Below the pieces are notes generated by a model. It was not told where the DNA came from. It searched no databases and saw nothing but the letters and a program-made list of their open reading frames with translations. From Antedon mediterranea (Eukaryota; Animalia; Echinodermata), in assembly GCF_964355755.1 (NCBI RefSeq), contig NC_092677.1, positions 25,717,175 to 25,781,174 on the forward strand: DNA of 64,000 nt, in the 5' to 3' direction. Below are positions 62,870-64,000 of this stretch, in pieces (the first letter of the stretch is position 1; every line of letters starts with the position of its first letter). The translations under genes and the position numbers were made by a program.

Positions 62870-62994
62870 TAGAATAGATCGATCTATAGAAACTACACAG
62901 CAATGGATTTTATGATACGTTTCGAAAATTGAATCGGGTCACACGGGGGCACACAAAAACGCGATCCGTTCGACTGTTATTTTGTTCAAAAATG
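62870..62994 (+). other. Probable first exon of an unidentified + strand gene (ends with ATG)
   Basis: CpG-containing promoter-like stretch followed by CAAAAATG|GTAAGT at 62992-63000. No downstream exon was identified. Confidence 0.35.
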
Positions 62995-64000
62995 GTAAGT
63001 TCAACAGTATATTTATTCATTCATCTTTTATTTCGGAAAAAAAATTCTCCATAGCTCAATAACAAATTAGTGTACATTATTATAAATATAGGTTTATAAT
63101 CAATTAAGCTACACACTACAGCATATACTAGATTAAACCAATATATGCACTGATTATATTTATAATTAAAATAGTATAAAAACCCATCTCGTTATTCGGA
63201 TTCAGTTTCATACTGTAGGCCTAATAGATTATGTGAGCAAACAATTCGGGAGGTATAGAATCAGTCATAAGTTTGATTGTATATGTGTAAAACTTGAAAC
63301 TTTTCTGTCTTATGTTTAATTTTAAAAGAACAATTTTAAGCTCTCCAAATCATGATGCTTTTCATGGTCAAACAAATCTTAGGCGCCCGCCTCCAAAGCA
63401 CGTTCGTTCTTCATTTTACATGGGTTATTCTTGAGGTTAAGCCGCCTTCTTCGATTGTTGCTGTGTACATCCGTATTAAATGTTGTACTTTCCAGATGCC
63501 TACTTCACATAATGACCTATTTACTTCCTGGTATAACGCTCCAGCTATCATTATTCATGTATTTCTCATCATCTATGCATATAAAAGCAGAGACACTGCC
63601 CTATACACATCGCTCAAAACACCGGCGTATTGTATGGTGGTGGTATTCTCCCCCCTCTGGCGTCCGTGCGCGCCCCTGGGGTGTGTTAGTGTAACTCAGT
63701 TTTAATGTGAAAGGAAAGAAACCCGGAAAGAAATAGGCCTAAGCAAGGGCATTAAAAAACTATATCGTTTTCAGGAGATCGCAGAAGGGCTTAATATTCA
63801 TTCATTCATTAATTCATTCATTCATTTGTCCCACGTACAATAATAGGAAACAATACATATTATAACATTTAAGTAGTAGTAACAGCAAAATAATTATATG
63901 CAAAAAAGGCAAATCTTACAAGGTTATTCATTACTTTTTTCTTTTTGTTTTTCATAAGTAAAATAAATTTTTTATTTGTTGGTTGATTAAAATAATATTG

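Noticed and set aside
63352-63705. 117-aa and 87-aa ORFs
   Set aside because: No recognisable domain or convincing splice structure; probably intronic repeat sequence.

Overview
AT-rich, intron-rich animal genomic DNA, probably from an invertebrate deuterostome such as an echinoderm (inferred from gene content and repeats). The ORF track only shows exon fragments, so I assembled genes by hand from GT-AG boundaries and reading-frame phase. Gene order: EEPD1 (-), NOP10 (-), three tRNA-Lys(UUU) (+), EMC4 (-) head-to-head with NGDN (+), a Mextli-like eIF4E-binding protein gene (-) that appears to contain a MADF-BESS gene (+) nested in one intron, an MLKL-like 4HB-pseudokinase (-), LONP2 (-), and a possible first exon of a further + strand gene. 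Introns carry Penelope-like elements with hammerhead ribozyme motifs, non-autonomous TIR elements (Kolobok-, Ginger-, MULE/foldback- and Harbinger-like), Helentron-like elements, tRNA-derived SINEs, CR1 fragments and minisatellites. The most unusual signals are the Mextli-like gene (nested or split, with a degenerate KH domain), the MLKL-like protein with an acidic residue at a phospho-switch position and a kB/IRF/CRE promoter, a ~60-bp periodic array of kB-like motifs inside a foldback element, and a 5' splice site amplified ~16 times. All homology calls come from motif recognition, not database searches.
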